Notes under the pieces: model-generated | Told to the model about the DNA's origin: nothing | The model's input: the letters and a program-made list of their open reading frames with translations, nothing else | The model's database searches: none | NCBI GenBank assembly: GCA_963753395.1 | Contig: CAVWBW010000012.1 | Coordinates: forward strand, 516,513 to 580,512 | Origin: an uncultured delta proteobacterium | GTDB taxonomy: Bacteria; Myxococcota_A; Polyangia; Polyangiales; Houyiibacteriaceae | Length of the DNA stretch: 64,000 bases | Reading direction: 5' to 3' | Shown: piece after piece, positions 12,313 through 21,764 of the stretch | How positions within the stretch are numbered: position 1 is the first letter of the stretch | How the letters are laid out: every line of letters begins with the position of its first letter | Position numbers and translations under genes: made by a program

Positions 12313-14499
12313 TCAGCCCGCCCGGAGCGAGTGCCGCAACAGCGCCCCAACGGCTGACTCGACCCGGGGCACTTCTTCGCCTAGCGCTTCGATGAGGGTC
12401 CGGACTTCCGCCATGTCCTGGTGGTCTTCGATTGCCCCGAGAAGGGTGCCCGCCCTAGTCGCGCCGATCTGCTTGCTCGCGCCCTTCATCGAATGCGCAA
12501 GTGAGCGAACCTCCGCGGTGTCGTTGGCTGCAGCCGCGGTCCCAAGCTTCTGAGCCACGTCCTTGAGCTGGTCGACGTAGCTGCCCATCACCTCGCGAAT
12601 GAAGTCGTCGTCTTCTCCATCGAGTGACGCCAAGCGGCGAACCATGTCCAGGTCCAGTGCGGAAGGTGGTGGCAAGCTCGACACGGGCCGCATCGATCGC
12701 TCGTTGTTGATCGGGACCCAGCGCTCGATTGTCTTCGCGAGCATCGATGTGCGTACAGGCTTGCTGAGCGTGTCGTTCATGCCCGATTCGAGGCAGCGCG
12801 CCCGGTCGCCTTCTGCGACGCTGGCCGTGAGCGCGATGATCGGAAGGTCTCTTCTTTCCTCCGAGCGCCGAATGCGTTCCGTCGCCTGGAAGCCGTCCAT
12901 GAGCGGCATGTAGCAATCCATGAACACGATGTCGTAGACGTTGGCGCGCGCTTTCTGGAGAGCATCGCGGCCGTCGATGGCGATGTCGACCTCGCACGAG
13001 AGCTTCTTCAACAAGGCCTCGGTGACCATTCGACTGGTAGGGTTGTCTTCCGCGAGGAGGACGCGGGCTCCGTCGCGAATATAGAGATCGCCCTTGCCGT
13101 CCGGGTCCTCGACGCGCAGTGTATCGTCCGGTCCCGGTTCGAGCTCGATCTCCGCCCAGAACGTGGTCCCGACGCCTACCTGGCTCTCGACTCCAATCTC
13201 GCCACCCATCAGCTCGACCAGCTCCTTGCTGATCGCCAGACCGAGCCCGGCGCCTACGGCGCTCCGTTCCGCGTCTTCCCGATTCTGCCGGTAGCGCGCG
13301 AACACCTGGCTGATCATCGTGTCCGGAATGCCAGTCCCCGTGTCCCGGACGGAAAAGCGTACCTTCGCTTTTTCGCCGGACGGAAGCATCTCGGCGGTCA
13401 GTCGAATGGTTCCGGAGTCGGTGAACTTGATCGCGTTGCCCACGAAGTTGAGCAACACCTGGCGGACGCGCCCAGCGTCACCCTCGAAGCGGCGCGCAGT
13501 GAAGCCCTTCATCCCGGTGTCCAGATTGAGGCCCTTGACCGCTGCCCGCGGCTGCATCAGCGCCGCGACGCTATCGAGCAGCGCGCTGATGTCGAATGCG
13601 CCGCGCTCGAGCTCGATCTGCCCCTTTCGAAGTTGCGCAAAGTCGAGGACCTCGTCCACGATCTCAACCAGCGCGTCGGCCGACTCGCGAATCGCGCTGA
13701 CCATCTTCTTCTGCTTCTCGTCGAGGTTCGTGTCGAGCAGGAGGCCGCTCAGCCCGAGCACGCCGTTCATCGGCGTACGCACCTCGTGGCTCATGTCTGC
13801 CATCATTTCCGTCTTGGCTGCAGAGGTTCGCTCTGCGGCAAGCCGAAGCTCTTCCATGTATACGCGAGTCCGGTTGCGCACGAAGTTGAGCCCAAGGGCG
13901 ACGGCCGAGAAGCCGGGCAAGTAGCCGAGGCACCGCATCCAGCTGACATCGTCCACCCAAATCGACGTGATCCCCCACGCAAGGTCGCCGAGCAGCATGA
14001 TTGCGATGAGCCACTTTCGGCTGTGAACCACTGCCCCGGCGGCGAACTGGATCAGCACGTAGAAGTAGAAGACCGACGGATCTTTGCTAAGCGCGTAACC
14101 CGCCGTCACGGTTGTCGTGATGATCAAGAACAGGACGCCGCCAATGTGAACCGACCACATCACCGGTGGCGCCTGGGAGTGGGCGCGCCATGCGAACGCG
14201 AGCATGGATACGCCGGTGAGCCCGTAGAGCGTCAGCAACCCGAGCCGCACCTGATCCAAGTGAGTCGACAGCTGACCAATGCAAAGGCCGAGGTAGGCGA
14301 TGCCCGCGCAAAGGAACATCGTGACGATGTGTCGAGCGGTTACCGCATTGACGAGCGTCCAACGCTCCTCACGAGTCAGCGGAACGTGAGCGGCAAGCGT
14401 CTCTTTGGAAGGGCCGAACCCTGCCTTCCACAACGAATGTGCCCTCCTCGACTCGTCCCCCATCCCCTTCAGTGTATCGGGCGGTGCCGGGGCTTTCAC
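12313..14499 (-). CDS. Hybrid sensor histidine kinase/response regulator with C-terminal HPt domain
   Basis: Multi-TM N-terminus, H-box MADMSHEVRTPMNGVLG and an HATPase_c domain. It also has a receiver (VLLAEDNPTSR...IVFMDCYMPLMDG) and an HPt domain (AHSMKGASKQIGA). Its GTG start overlaps the upstream stop (GTGA). Confidence 0.9.
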   Translation of the reverse strand: MKAPAPPDTLKGMGDESRRAHSLWKAGFGPSKETLAAHVPLTREERWTLVNAVTARHIVTMFLCAGIAYLGLCIGQLSTHLDQVRLGLLTLYGLTGVSMLAFAWRAHSQAPPVMWSVHIGGVLFLIITTTVTAGYALSKDPSVFYFYVLIQFAAGAVVHSRKWLIAIMLLGDLAWGITSIWVDDVSWMRCLGYLPGFSAVALGLNFVRNRTRVYMEELRLAAERTSAAKTEMMADMSHEVRTPMNGVLGLSGLLLDTNLDEKQKKMVSAIRESADALVEIVDEVLDFAQLRKGQIELERGAFDISALLDSVAALMQPRAAVKGLNLDTGMKGFTARRFEGDAGRVRQVLLNFVGNAIKFTDSGTIRLTAEMLPSGEKAKVRFSVRDTGTGIPDTMISQVFARYRQNREDAERSAVGAGLGLAISKELVELMGGEIGVESQVGVGTTFWAEIELEPGPDDTLRVEDPDGKGDLYIRDGARVLLAEDNPTSRMVTEALLKKLSCEVDIAIDGRDALQKARANVYDIVFMDCYMPLMDGFQATERIRRSEERRDLPIIALTASVAEGDRARCLESGMNDTLSKPVRTSMLAKTIERWVPINNERSMRPVSSLPPPSALDLDMVRRLASLDGEDDDFIREVMGSYVDQLKDVAQKLGTAAAANDTAEVRSLAHSMKGASKQIGATRAGTLLGAIEDHQDMAEVRTLIEALGEEVPRVESAVGALLRHSLRAG

Positions 14500-15323
14500 G
14501 ACTTGTAGAGCGCAACTCTGTGACGTGCCTCACCAACCGTTCGGACTGCTTCGTCGTGGAGGAGGCCGTTCGTTGCGATGAGCTTTCCGGAGCGGGGATC
14601 GGCGGGTTCTCCTTCGTATCCGGATAGGCGGCCCCCCGCCTCGTTTACCAACAGGGCGCCGGCGCACATGTCCCAGGCGTTGAGCGCTTTTTCCCAATAG
14701 ACGTCGTAGGTGCCGTCGGCGACCAGACATAGATCGATCGCCGCCGACCCACACCTTCTCACCCCCCGCGCGCGCTCCAAGAACAGAGCGAGCTCCGCGT
14801 GGTTGTTGTCGGGGTTCGCCGAGCGGTCGTAGGGAAATCCCGTCGCGCACAGGGCTTCTTCGAGGTCGCTGCGATCGGACACCACGCAAGGAGCTCCGTT
14901 GCGAAACGCACCACCGCTCTTGGCGGCTTTCCACGTCACGCCGAGCGCCGGCGCATGAACCACTCCGGCCAAGCCATCCGTTCCCCGGTAGAGCGCGATG
15001 GAGACGGCGAAGAAGAAGTGACCGTGCGCGAAGTTCGTCGTCCCGTCGATCGGGTCCACGTACCAAACCAGTTCGCCGGAGCCGGTCTCGGCGCCTTCCT
15101 CGCCCACGATTCGATGCGATGGGAACTCGCTCCCGAGCCGCTCTCGGATCAGAGCTTCGCTTCGGAGGTCGTACTCGGTCAGCAGATCGAAGCGCCCCTT
15201 CTTCGAGATTTCTCCTCCGGCGCGCCAACCCTCCATGGCGATCGCCCCCGCGTCGAGCGCCGCGCGCTCTGCGACCTCGAGAGCATGCTGGCATTCGTCT
15301 TCGGTGCGCATGAAGTGCTGCAT
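14496..15323 (-). CDS. Inositol monophosphatase family protein
   Basis: ORF 14496..15647. The plausible start is MQHFMRTEDE at 15323 (or 15311). It has the motifs WYVDPIDGTTNFAHG and GEEG. Confidence 0.85.
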   Translation of the reverse strand: MQHFMRTEDECQHALEVAERAALDAGAIAMEGWRAGGEISKKGRFDLLTEYDLRSEALIRERLGSEFPSHRIVGEEGAETGSGELVWYVDPIDGTTNFAHGHFFFAVSIALYRGTDGLAGVVHAPALGVTWKAAKSGGAFRNGAPCVVSDRSDLEEALCATGFPYDRSANPDNNHAELALFLERARGVRRCGSAAIDLCLVADGTYDVYWEKALNAWDMCAGALLVNEAGGRLSGYEGEPADPRSGKLIATNGLLHDEAVRTVGEARHRVALYKS

Positions 15324-15464
15324 TTTCGCGGATTTCCGGGGCGGCGCCACACCTCGCCGCCGATAGGCACTGTGTTCGCTGGCGTTTCGACCCCAAAACC
15401 CGTAAAAGGCGGTTCGCTGCGGAGCCTGAGGTTTAGGCGCCGCCCGATGTAGGCAAGTGTAGGT

Positions 15465-17168
15465 ATGCCCGACAAGGACATTGTGACGCCAAGCCTTCGC
15501 AATCCATTCGAATTGGATGGCGACGAGCGCCCTTCCGTTAGCCAAACTCCGGCCAGCGGCCCTTACGATGAAGCTCTCCGAGAGGGTGAGCTTCTGCGCG
15601 CGCGCCCGCTGACGGCGGCCGGCCCGGTACAGATCGGAAGGCAACATGCGAAGCGTCGCATGACTGTCTGGGAGCGCCTAGACGTCCTTCGCGACCCTGG
15701 CACCGAGCCGACGATCTTGTACCAGAACTGGGGCCCGAACCTCGACGGTGCATCCCTCGTCACTGCGGTCGTCGAGATCGGCGGGCGCGAGGTGGCGGTC
15801 TACGGACACGACTTCACCGTGCGCGCCGGCTCGATGGACGCGACGAACGGGACGAAGCTTGCGAACGTCATTCGCTTGGCGGGTCGGCAGGGCATGCCGC
15901 TCGTCGGCATGAACGATAGCGCCGGCGCGTTCGTACCGGCTGGCATCGGCGGCCTCGACGGGTACGCCGAGGCCTTCACCGCGCTTCGAAAGATCAGCGG
16001 CGTCGTGCCGAGCATCATGTGCATGTTCGGATACAACGCGGGTGGCGGCTCGTACTTGCCGAGGCAAGGCAGCTTCATGATTCAGCCCTCGCACACGTTC
16101 TTCGGTCTCACGGGCCCGGGCGTCGTCAAGTCGGTGCTCGGCGAGGACGTGACCGCTGACGAGCTCGGTGGCCCCGGTGTGCACGGCCAGAGCGGCGTCA
16201 CGGACTTGACGGTTCGGGACGAAGTCGGCGGGCTGCGCACCGCGCGCCGGCTGTTGAGCTACTTGCCCGGAAACAATCACGAATTCGCGCCCTATCAGGA
16301 AACCTCCGACGCGATCGACCGGCCGACCGGCGAGATCAATACGCTGCTCCGCAAGGCCTTCAACTCCCCGACGGGATTCAACACCCCGATCGACGTGAGC
16401 ATCCTCCTTCAGCAGATCTGCGATCACGGAGACTACTTCGAGCTGCAGCCGCAGCGGGCGCGAAACACGATCACCGCGTTTGGCCGCTTGGGTGGTCACG
16501 TCGTCGGGTTCGTGTGCAACAACAGCGCGGTCGCTTCAGGGCAGATTGATGTCGACGCGGCGTTCAAGAACGCGCGCTTCATTCGTTTCTGCAACCTCTA
16601 CAATATCCCCGTGATCTTCATGGAGGACACCACCGGATTTTTGCCGGGCCGCGATCAGGAGAGCCGCGGGATCGTGCAAGCCGGTCGCGCGATGCTCGAT
16701 TCCATCATCGATTTACGGACGCCACGGCTGCTCCTGATCATTCGCAACGCCTTCGGTGGCGCGTACGCCGCGTTCAACTGCTACGCGGTTGGTGCGGACC
16801 ACGTCATGGCGCTTCCGACGACGCGCGTGGCGGTCATGGGCCCCGCAGGCAGGGAGTTTGTCTACAAGAAGGAGATTCGCGAAGTCCGAGCGCAAGCCAA
16901 GCTCCGCGTGCAGGAGGCCATCGAGGCCGGTGCCTCGAAGGACCAAGCACACGAGGACGCTGCCGCGTGGCTCAAGCAGCAAGAGGCCGCGTTCAGCGCG
17001 CGGTACGAGAAAGAGCTCATGAACCCGAAGGAAGCGCTCAGCTTGGGTTCGATCTCCGAGATCGTGATGCCCACCGACGTTCGCGCCTCCCTCGCGAAAA
17101 GCCTCAACTTCTATCTGTCCCACTACACCCCCAAGCCGTTCGGCGGGGTTCAGCGGGAGTTCCACTGA
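15465..17168 (+). CDS. Acyl-CoA carboxylase carboxyltransferase (beta) subunit; substrate unknown
   Basis: Carboxyl-transferase domain pattern across 567 aa: [11 protein letters not shown]..., [27 protein letters not shown] and AFGGAYAA. Confidence 0.88.
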   Translation: MPDKDIVTPSLRNPFELDGDERPSVSQTPASGPYDEALREGELLRARPLTAAGPVQIGRQHAKRRMTVWERLDVLRDPGTEPTILYQNWGPNLDGASLVTAVVEIGGREVAVYGHDFTVRAGSMDATNGTKLANVIRLAGRQGMPLVGMNDSAGAFVPAGIGGLDGYAEAFTALRKISGVVPSIMCMFGYNAGGGSYLPRQGSFMIQPSHTFFGLTGPGVVKSVLGEDVTADELGGPGVHGQSGVTDLTVRDEVGGLRTARRLLSYLPGNNHEFAPYQETSDAIDRPTGEINTLLRKAFNSPTGFNTPIDVSILLQQICDHGDYFELQPQRARNTITAFGRLGGHVVGFVCNNSAVASGQIDVDAAFKNARFIRFCNLYNIPVIFMEDTTGFLPGRDQESRGIVQAGRAMLDSIIDLRTPRLLLIIRNAFGGAYAAFNCYAVGADHVMALPTTRVAVMGPAGREFVYKKEIREVRAQAKLRVQEAIEAGASKDQAHEDAAAWLKQQEAAFSARYEKELMNPKEALSLGSISEIVMPTDVRASLAKSLNFYLSHYTPKPFGGVQREFH

Positions 17169-19972
17169 TGGCTACTGCTAGCTACCTCCACAACCCGATG
17201 ATTCACCGGGACCGCCGCCTCGGCGAGACCGACTCCGAGTGGGTCCGCTCGTTCGCCTGCGACGACATGACTGCGCTGATCGTTTGCCGTGGGCCGATTC
17301 GCCAGGAAGCCCTCGATGTCTTCGCGGAAATGGGGATGAATCAGGTAGGGATCCTGCTCTCCGAGAAGGACTCGATCGTCTACCCCCGTGCTCTGGCGCC
17401 CGAGCTGCGCCGCTTGGATCCCTCGCGCGTTCACAACGTACAGGACTACACCGGCGCGAGCGGTGAAGAGCGCACCCAACGCATCGCCGAGATCATCGCG
17501 ATCGCAAAAGACAACGGGTACGACTACATCTTCGCCGGCTACGGCTTCATGGCCGAGGACGAGGAGTTCGTCAGCGCCATCGAGGACGCAGGCCTTCGTT
17601 TCATCGGCCCGTGCTCGTACACGGTGCAGGCGGCGGGCTTCAAAGACGAAGCCAAACGCACCGCCGAACGCGTCGACGTCAGCGTTACGCCTGGCGTCAA
17701 CGACGCCACCACGCGCCTCATTTTGAGGAAGCACAAGGATCTCAAGGGGCTTCAGAAGCTCGCCAAGAAGCACGCACTCGACGTGCCGGCGCTGAGCGAC
17801 AAGAGCGTCGAGCTCGATGCTGCCGCCGACGCGCTTCTCTCGGCTTCGTATGACGCGGGCATCGATCTCTACACGGTCGACGAGCTCGGCGAGCAGATCG
17901 AGATCGAAGTCGCCTCGATCTTGAAACAGCACTCAGGGACACGCATTCGACTCAAGGCGATCGGCGGTGGCGGAGGCAAGGGCCAGCGCATCGTCAGCAA
18001 AGCGAGTGAAGCGCCTCCGATGGTTCGCGAGATCCTCGGCGAGGTCAAAGCGCTCGGCGTCGGAGACAACAAGAACATCCTGGTCGAGCTCAACATCGAG
18101 ACCACGCGTCACAACGAAATCCAGCTCATCGGCAATGGCGAGTGGTGCATCTCCCTCGGCGGCCGTGACTGTTCCCTCCAGATGCATGAGCAGAAGCTCC
18201 TCGAGGTGTCGATCACTCAGGAGACGCTAGCCGCAGCCGTGGAGCGCGAGCGCGCGGCTGGAGATGAGGCGGCGGCGGCGGCGATCGAGCAAGATCTCAG
18301 CATCCTTCGCCGCATGGAGGCCGAGGCCGAGCGCTTCGGCGAAGCGGTCAAGCTCGATTCGGCTTCGACCTTCGAGTGCATCGTCGACGGCCCCCGACAC
18401 TACTTCATGGAGGTCAACACGCGCATCCAAGTCGAGCACCGCGTGTCCGAGCTCTGCTACGCTCTTCGGTTCACGAATCCAGACGATGACTCCGATTGGT
18501 TCGACGTGCATTCCGTCGTCGAGATGATGGCTTTGCTCGCCAAGCACAAGACCCGGCTTCCCCGACCCATCCGGGTCCAGCGCGATGCGGCTGCGGTCGA
18601 GGCCCGGCTCAACGCCACCGACCATTCGCTCTCACCACATGCGGGCGGTGAGATCATGTCGTGGTCGGATCCGATCGAAGGGGAGGTTCGGGACGACCAG
18701 GGGATTTGCTTCAAGAACCCCGATACCGATCTCTTCATGCGCTACAAGCTCGCCGGCGCATACGACAGCAACATCGCGCTCCTGGTGACCACTGGCGACG
18801 ACCGCCGCGATAGCTACGAGCATCTACGTGAGGCCATACGGCGTACCGTGCTTCGCGGGCCGGATCTCCAGACGAACCTGCAGTTCCACTACGGCCTGGT
18901 GCATTGGTTCCTCGCAAACGGCGTCGACGCGAAGCCGACGACCCAGTTCGTGGTTCCCTACCTCACGTTGGTTGGCGAGCTCCTCCAGGAAACCAACCAA
19001 ATCGACGCGGACTACGCGTACGATCGGCTCTGCGGGCAGTATCTGCAAGCGGTGAGCGGCGATGCGGCCGCGGCGAAGGCCACGACCGAGCTGTCCGTGC
19101 TGAAGCGAACACTCCTCGGACGGCCACTTGGCCGCCTCTTGCGACAGCCGCATCTCCTCTCTGCCTGGCTCAGCTCGAACAAGGAGAACTTCCAAGTCGA
19201 GAACGACCGGGTGACCTGGTTGCGCAACCCGCTCCTCGTGCTCTCCGATACCTACCACCTCCTTCATATGGACGCGGACGTCGCTCTTCCTGCCGCACAC
19301 AAGATTTGGGACCAGGACGATCAGCTCCTCAGGGACGGCGCGGCGTTTTACGCGTCCTGCGAAGAACGGCTGGGAGAGACGAGCTGGCCCAAGCTCGACG
19401 AACAGCTCAAGGCCAAGCAGGCACCCAAGGGCTTCGACGCCGAGCAATGGCACCTGGTCCGCGAAGCCCACCTCGGTTTCCAACTCGGCCTGGAGCTCTA
19501 CAGCTTGTTGCCGCTCGTCGGTCACAAGGTCGGCTTCTTCGACCTGCGCGTGAATGGGGATCTGACGATCGCCATTCCGGAGCGCCTCTTCGACCGCGAG
19601 CATCAAGCGAAGATGAAGAAGGTCCTCGTGCCGCCTCCGGTCAACAAGGCCGACGAGATCGTCGCGGTCAGCGGTGGGATGTACTACGCGCAGGAAGCGC
19701 CGGGGATGCCCTTGTTCGTCGAGGAGGGCCAGCACTTCGAGATCGGCGACCCGCTCTACATCGTTGAAGTCATGAAGATGTTCAACAAGGTGTACGCGCC
19801 TTTCGCCGGCACCGTCGACAAGATCCTCGTCGAAAGCAACGGCACGATCGTCTCGAAAGGCCAGCCCCTCTTCAAGGTCACCCCCGACGAGAAGTTCGTC
19901 GAACACGACCCGGCCGAGGTCAAAGCCCGCGTCCAATCCAACACCGAGAGGTATCTCAGCGCGGTCGCCTAG
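17168..19972 (+). CDS. Atypically long biotin carboxylase / biotin carboxyl carrier (alpha) subunit
   Basis: The start ATG at 17168 overlaps the upstream stop (TGATG). ATP-grasp motifs are present: AGYGFMAEDEEF, KAIGGGGGKGQRIV, CSLQMHEQKLLE and FMEVNTRIQVEH. The C-terminal biotinyl motif is IVEVMKMFNKV. Confidence 0.85.
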   Translation: MATASYLHNPMIHRDRRLGETDSEWVRSFACDDMTALIVCRGPIRQEALDVFAEMGMNQVGILLSEKDSIVYPRALAPELRRLDPSRVHNVQDYTGASGEERTQRIAEIIAIAKDNGYDYIFAGYGFMAEDEEFVSAIEDAGLRFIGPCSYTVQAAGFKDEAKRTAERVDVSVTPGVNDATTRLILRKHKDLKGLQKLAKKHALDVPALSDKSVELDAAADALLSASYDAGIDLYTVDELGEQIEIEVASILKQHSGTRIRLKAIGGGGGKGQRIVSKASEAPPMVREILGEVKALGVGDNKNILVELNIETTRHNEIQLIGNGEWCISLGGRDCSLQMHEQKLLEVSITQETLAAAVERERAAGDEAAAAAIEQDLSILRRMEAEAERFGEAVKLDSASTFECIVDGPRHYFMEVNTRIQVEHRVSELCYALRFTNPDDDSDWFDVHSVVEMMALLAKHKTRLPRPIRVQRDAAAVEARLNATDHSLSPHAGGEIMSWSDPIEGEVRDDQGICFKNPDTDLFMRYKLAGAYDSNIALLVTTGDDRRDSYEHLREAIRRTVLRGPDLQTNLQFHYGLVHWFLANGVDAKPTTQFVVPYLTLVGELLQETNQIDADYAYDRLCGQYLQAVSGDAAAAKATTELSVLKRTLLGRPLGRLLRQPHLLSAWLSSNKENFQVENDRVTWLRNPLLVLSDTYHLLHMDADVALPAAHKIWDQDDQLLRDGAAFYASCEERLGETSWPKLDEQLKAKQAPKGFDAEQWHLVREAHLGFQLGLELYSLLPLVGHKVGFFDLRVNGDLTIAIPERLFDREHQAKMKKVLVPPPVNKADEIVAVSGGMYYAQEAPGMPLFVEEGQHFEIGDPLYIVEVMKMFNKVYAPFAGTVDKILVESNGTIVSKGQPLFKVTPDEKFVEHDPAEVKARVQSNTERYLSAVA

Positions 19973-20010
19973 CGCGCGAAGCCCCGTAGCGGCGGAGCCG
20001 CTCTATCGGG

Positions 20011-20170
20011 TCAGCGTCCAGCGCCCAGCGCCAGCGTTCAGCGCCAGCGTTCAGCGCCAGCGCTCAGCGCCAGCGCCAGCGCCAGCGTTCAGCGCCAGCG
20101 CCAGCGCCAGCGCCAGCGCCAGCGCCAGCGCCAGCGTTCAGCGCCAGCGCCAGCGTTCAGCGCCAGCGCC
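20011..20170. repeat. Non-coding satellite of CCAGCG hexamers interspersed with TTCAGCG heptamers
   Basis: Direct reading: tcagcg tccagcg cccagcg ccagcg t tcagcg ccagcg ... with up to 6 consecutive CCAGCG units. It starts 39 nt after the carboxylase stop codon. Confidence 0.9.
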
Positions 20171-20180
20171 CGCGAAACGC

Positions 20181-20573
20181 GATTGGCGTCGGGAGGTTTT
20201 CGTTAAATCCACCCGCCCACCCCCACCCGTAGTTCGACATCACTCTCACGCGAGTGGGCAGCGTGCCTCCGCGCCCCTTTGGGGCTTGGCGGCGCACTTG
20301 CGCCGGGCTTCGCCCTGGGGGCTCGCGCTGCCGCGGGTGGATTGGGGCCTGGTGGATTGCGGAGTTGCGTATGGAGGAGAATCGGTCGGGATGCGCGGCA
20401 CAGGGAGTGGGCGGGAGGCGAGTTGTATCTTGCCGTGTAGAGCCGGCCGAGCGGGACCCGCTCCCGAGCACGTGCGTCGCGACCGATTCTCCGGGTGCTC
20501 ACCTCTGCGCCCCCTCCCGTGAAACCCCTATCGGGTTTTTCCGAGGCGCGGGGGTACCTCGACGCCCGGGCGT
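20181..20573 (+). repeat. 393-bp GC-rich non-coding interspersed element, copy A
   Basis: Alignable by eye along its whole length to 25017-25409, with a few indels. It has the imperfect terminal inverted repeat GGCGTCGGGAGGT (20185-20197) / ACCTCGACGCC (20556-20566). No reading frame is conserved between the copies. Confidence 0.85.
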
Positions 20574-20584
20574 CCTGCGTCGGG

Positions 20585-21598
20585 CTAGTGGCGATCGTCG
20601 CGGGTGGTCGCGAGCTCGACGCGGTTGCGGCCGCCGTCCTTCGCTCGGAAGAGCGCACGATCTGCGGTCGTCATCAAGCGTGATTTGAGGTCTCGTAGAG
20701 GTTGTCCGTTGAGATGACGGAGGCCGCGCAGTGTAGCCACGCCAATCGACACTGTGATCTTTGGCAGCTCGCCGCCCGAGCGCATCGGACCCGCGGTGCT
20801 CGCGGCAACGTGGCTTCGAAGGTGGTCGGCAAGCGCCCGGGCGCTCTCCTTTGATGCGTTCTTCTGCACCACGACGAACTCGTCCCCGCCGAAACGGAAC
20901 ACGTCACCCACCCCGGCCGCTGCTTCGTCGAGCGCCTTGCCTGTGCGTTTCAGCGCCTCGCTCCCGGCGGCGTGACCGAGCTTGCTATTGACTCGCTTGA
21001 GGCGATCGACATCGACGAACATGAGCGCCATGTCGCGGTCGCCTCGGCGTGCCGCGTTCACGGCTTTGGTAAGATCGCTGTTGAGCTCCCGCACGTTGCG
21101 TAGCCCGGTAAGTGGGTCGTGGGCCGCGAGCCCCTCCTGACGCCGGAGCGATGAGGTTTGGACCAACGACGTTGCGATGTAGCGCGCCATGCCCGTGATG
21201 ACGCGCTCGTCGCGGTCGGAGAAGCGATCGGGGGACTTCGGGGTATCGAGCTGAAGAAGCCCGAGCGGCTTGTTGCCGTCGTAGAGCGCAGCCAGCAAGA
21301 CCCGCCGTGTCGAGGACGCGCACTGAGCTCCACGCCTGCCCAGCGCGCGCTTTACGACCTCGCGGTTCGGCGCAGGCCCGCGCTGAAGCAGGAGCTTGGC
21401 GTCAGGGCCAAACGCTGCCACACAGGACAGCGAGTCGGCGCTTTGCCCGATGAAGATCGCACCAGCCGTGGCGCGGACCGCCAACGCGGCGGCCTCGAGC
21501 CCCTCATCGAGCACACGCATGAGCGGCCGCGCCCGGGACCTCGATGCCCCGAGAACGGATTCCTCGAGCTTTGCCCCCCTCAAGGTGTGAATCCGCAC
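20585..21598 (-). CDS. GAF-domain diguanylate cyclase (GGDEF)
   Basis: ORF 20585..21802. The C-terminal half carries DPLTGLRNVRE, FVDVDRLKRVNSKLGHAAGSEAL, RFGGDEFVVV and SIGVA. The N-terminal part is GAF-like. The start is uncertain (GTG 21598 or ATG 21520). Confidence 0.85.
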   Translation of the reverse strand: MRIHTLRGAKLEESVLGASRSRARPLMRVLDEGLEAAALAVRATAGAIFIGQSADSLSCVAAFGPDAKLLLQRGPAPNREVVKRALGRRGAQCASSTRRVLLAALYDGNKPLGLLQLDTPKSPDRFSDRDERVITGMARYIATSLVQTSSLRRQEGLAAHDPLTGLRNVRELNSDLTKAVNAARRGDRDMALMFVDVDRLKRVNSKLGHAAGSEALKRTGKALDEAAAGVGDVFRFGGDEFVVVQKNASKESARALADHLRSHVAASTAGPMRSGGELPKITVSIGVATLRGLRHLNGQPLRDLKSRLMTTADRALFRAKDGGRNRVELATTRDDRH

Positions 21599-21764
21599 AC
21601 CCAAATCGTAGGCAACCTGGGCACGACACGCCAACCCGTACGTCCCTGTTTTGCTGTGTAGGTGTGTAGGTGTGCCCTCTCCGAACCCCGGGGGCTTCCG
21701 CGTAGGCAACTTCTTCTGATGGCGGTCACGCCCGGTTACACTAGGGTCGTTCCTGGGGGGTCTG

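Noticed and set aside
15678-16499. 273-aa minus-strand ORF inside the carboxyltransferase gene
   Set aside because: It is an antisense shadow of a well-supported carboxyl-transferase frame.
18824-19936. 370-aa minus-strand ORF (and 17150..17932, -) inside the biotin carboxylase/BCCP gene
   Set aside because: Both are antisense shadows. The + frame carries the ATP-grasp and biotinyl motifs.
20011-20170. Considered whether the CCAGCG/TTCAGCG arrays (also at 24973-25010 and 25418-25488) are a CRISPR array
   Set aside because: The units are 6-7 nt with no spacers, and there are no cas genes. They are a microsatellite, not a CRISPR array.
20389-20522. Small ORF starting MRGTGSGREASC... inside the repeated element (counterpart at about 25188 in copy B)
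   Set aside because: The frame is kept over about 35 codons, and the 36-bp duplication happens to be in frame. Upstream, the copies differ by 7 nt. Copy A has a TGA where copy B reads CGA, and the ORF ends differ. The Arg/Gly-rich composition is typical GC noise. I treat it as non-coding.
19973-20584. Considered a retron (msr/msd) or another reverse-transcriptase-associated RNA, given the probable myxobacterial origin and the inverted repeats
   Set aside because: No reverse transcriptase or other associated ORF lies in or next to either copy. The element is duplicated between housekeeping operons.
21645-21670. Short direct repeat tgtgtaggtgtgtaggtgtg upstream of pdhA
   Set aside because: It is only about 2.5 copies of an 8-mer with no recognisable binding-site consensus. 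That is too little evidence to call a regulatory site.
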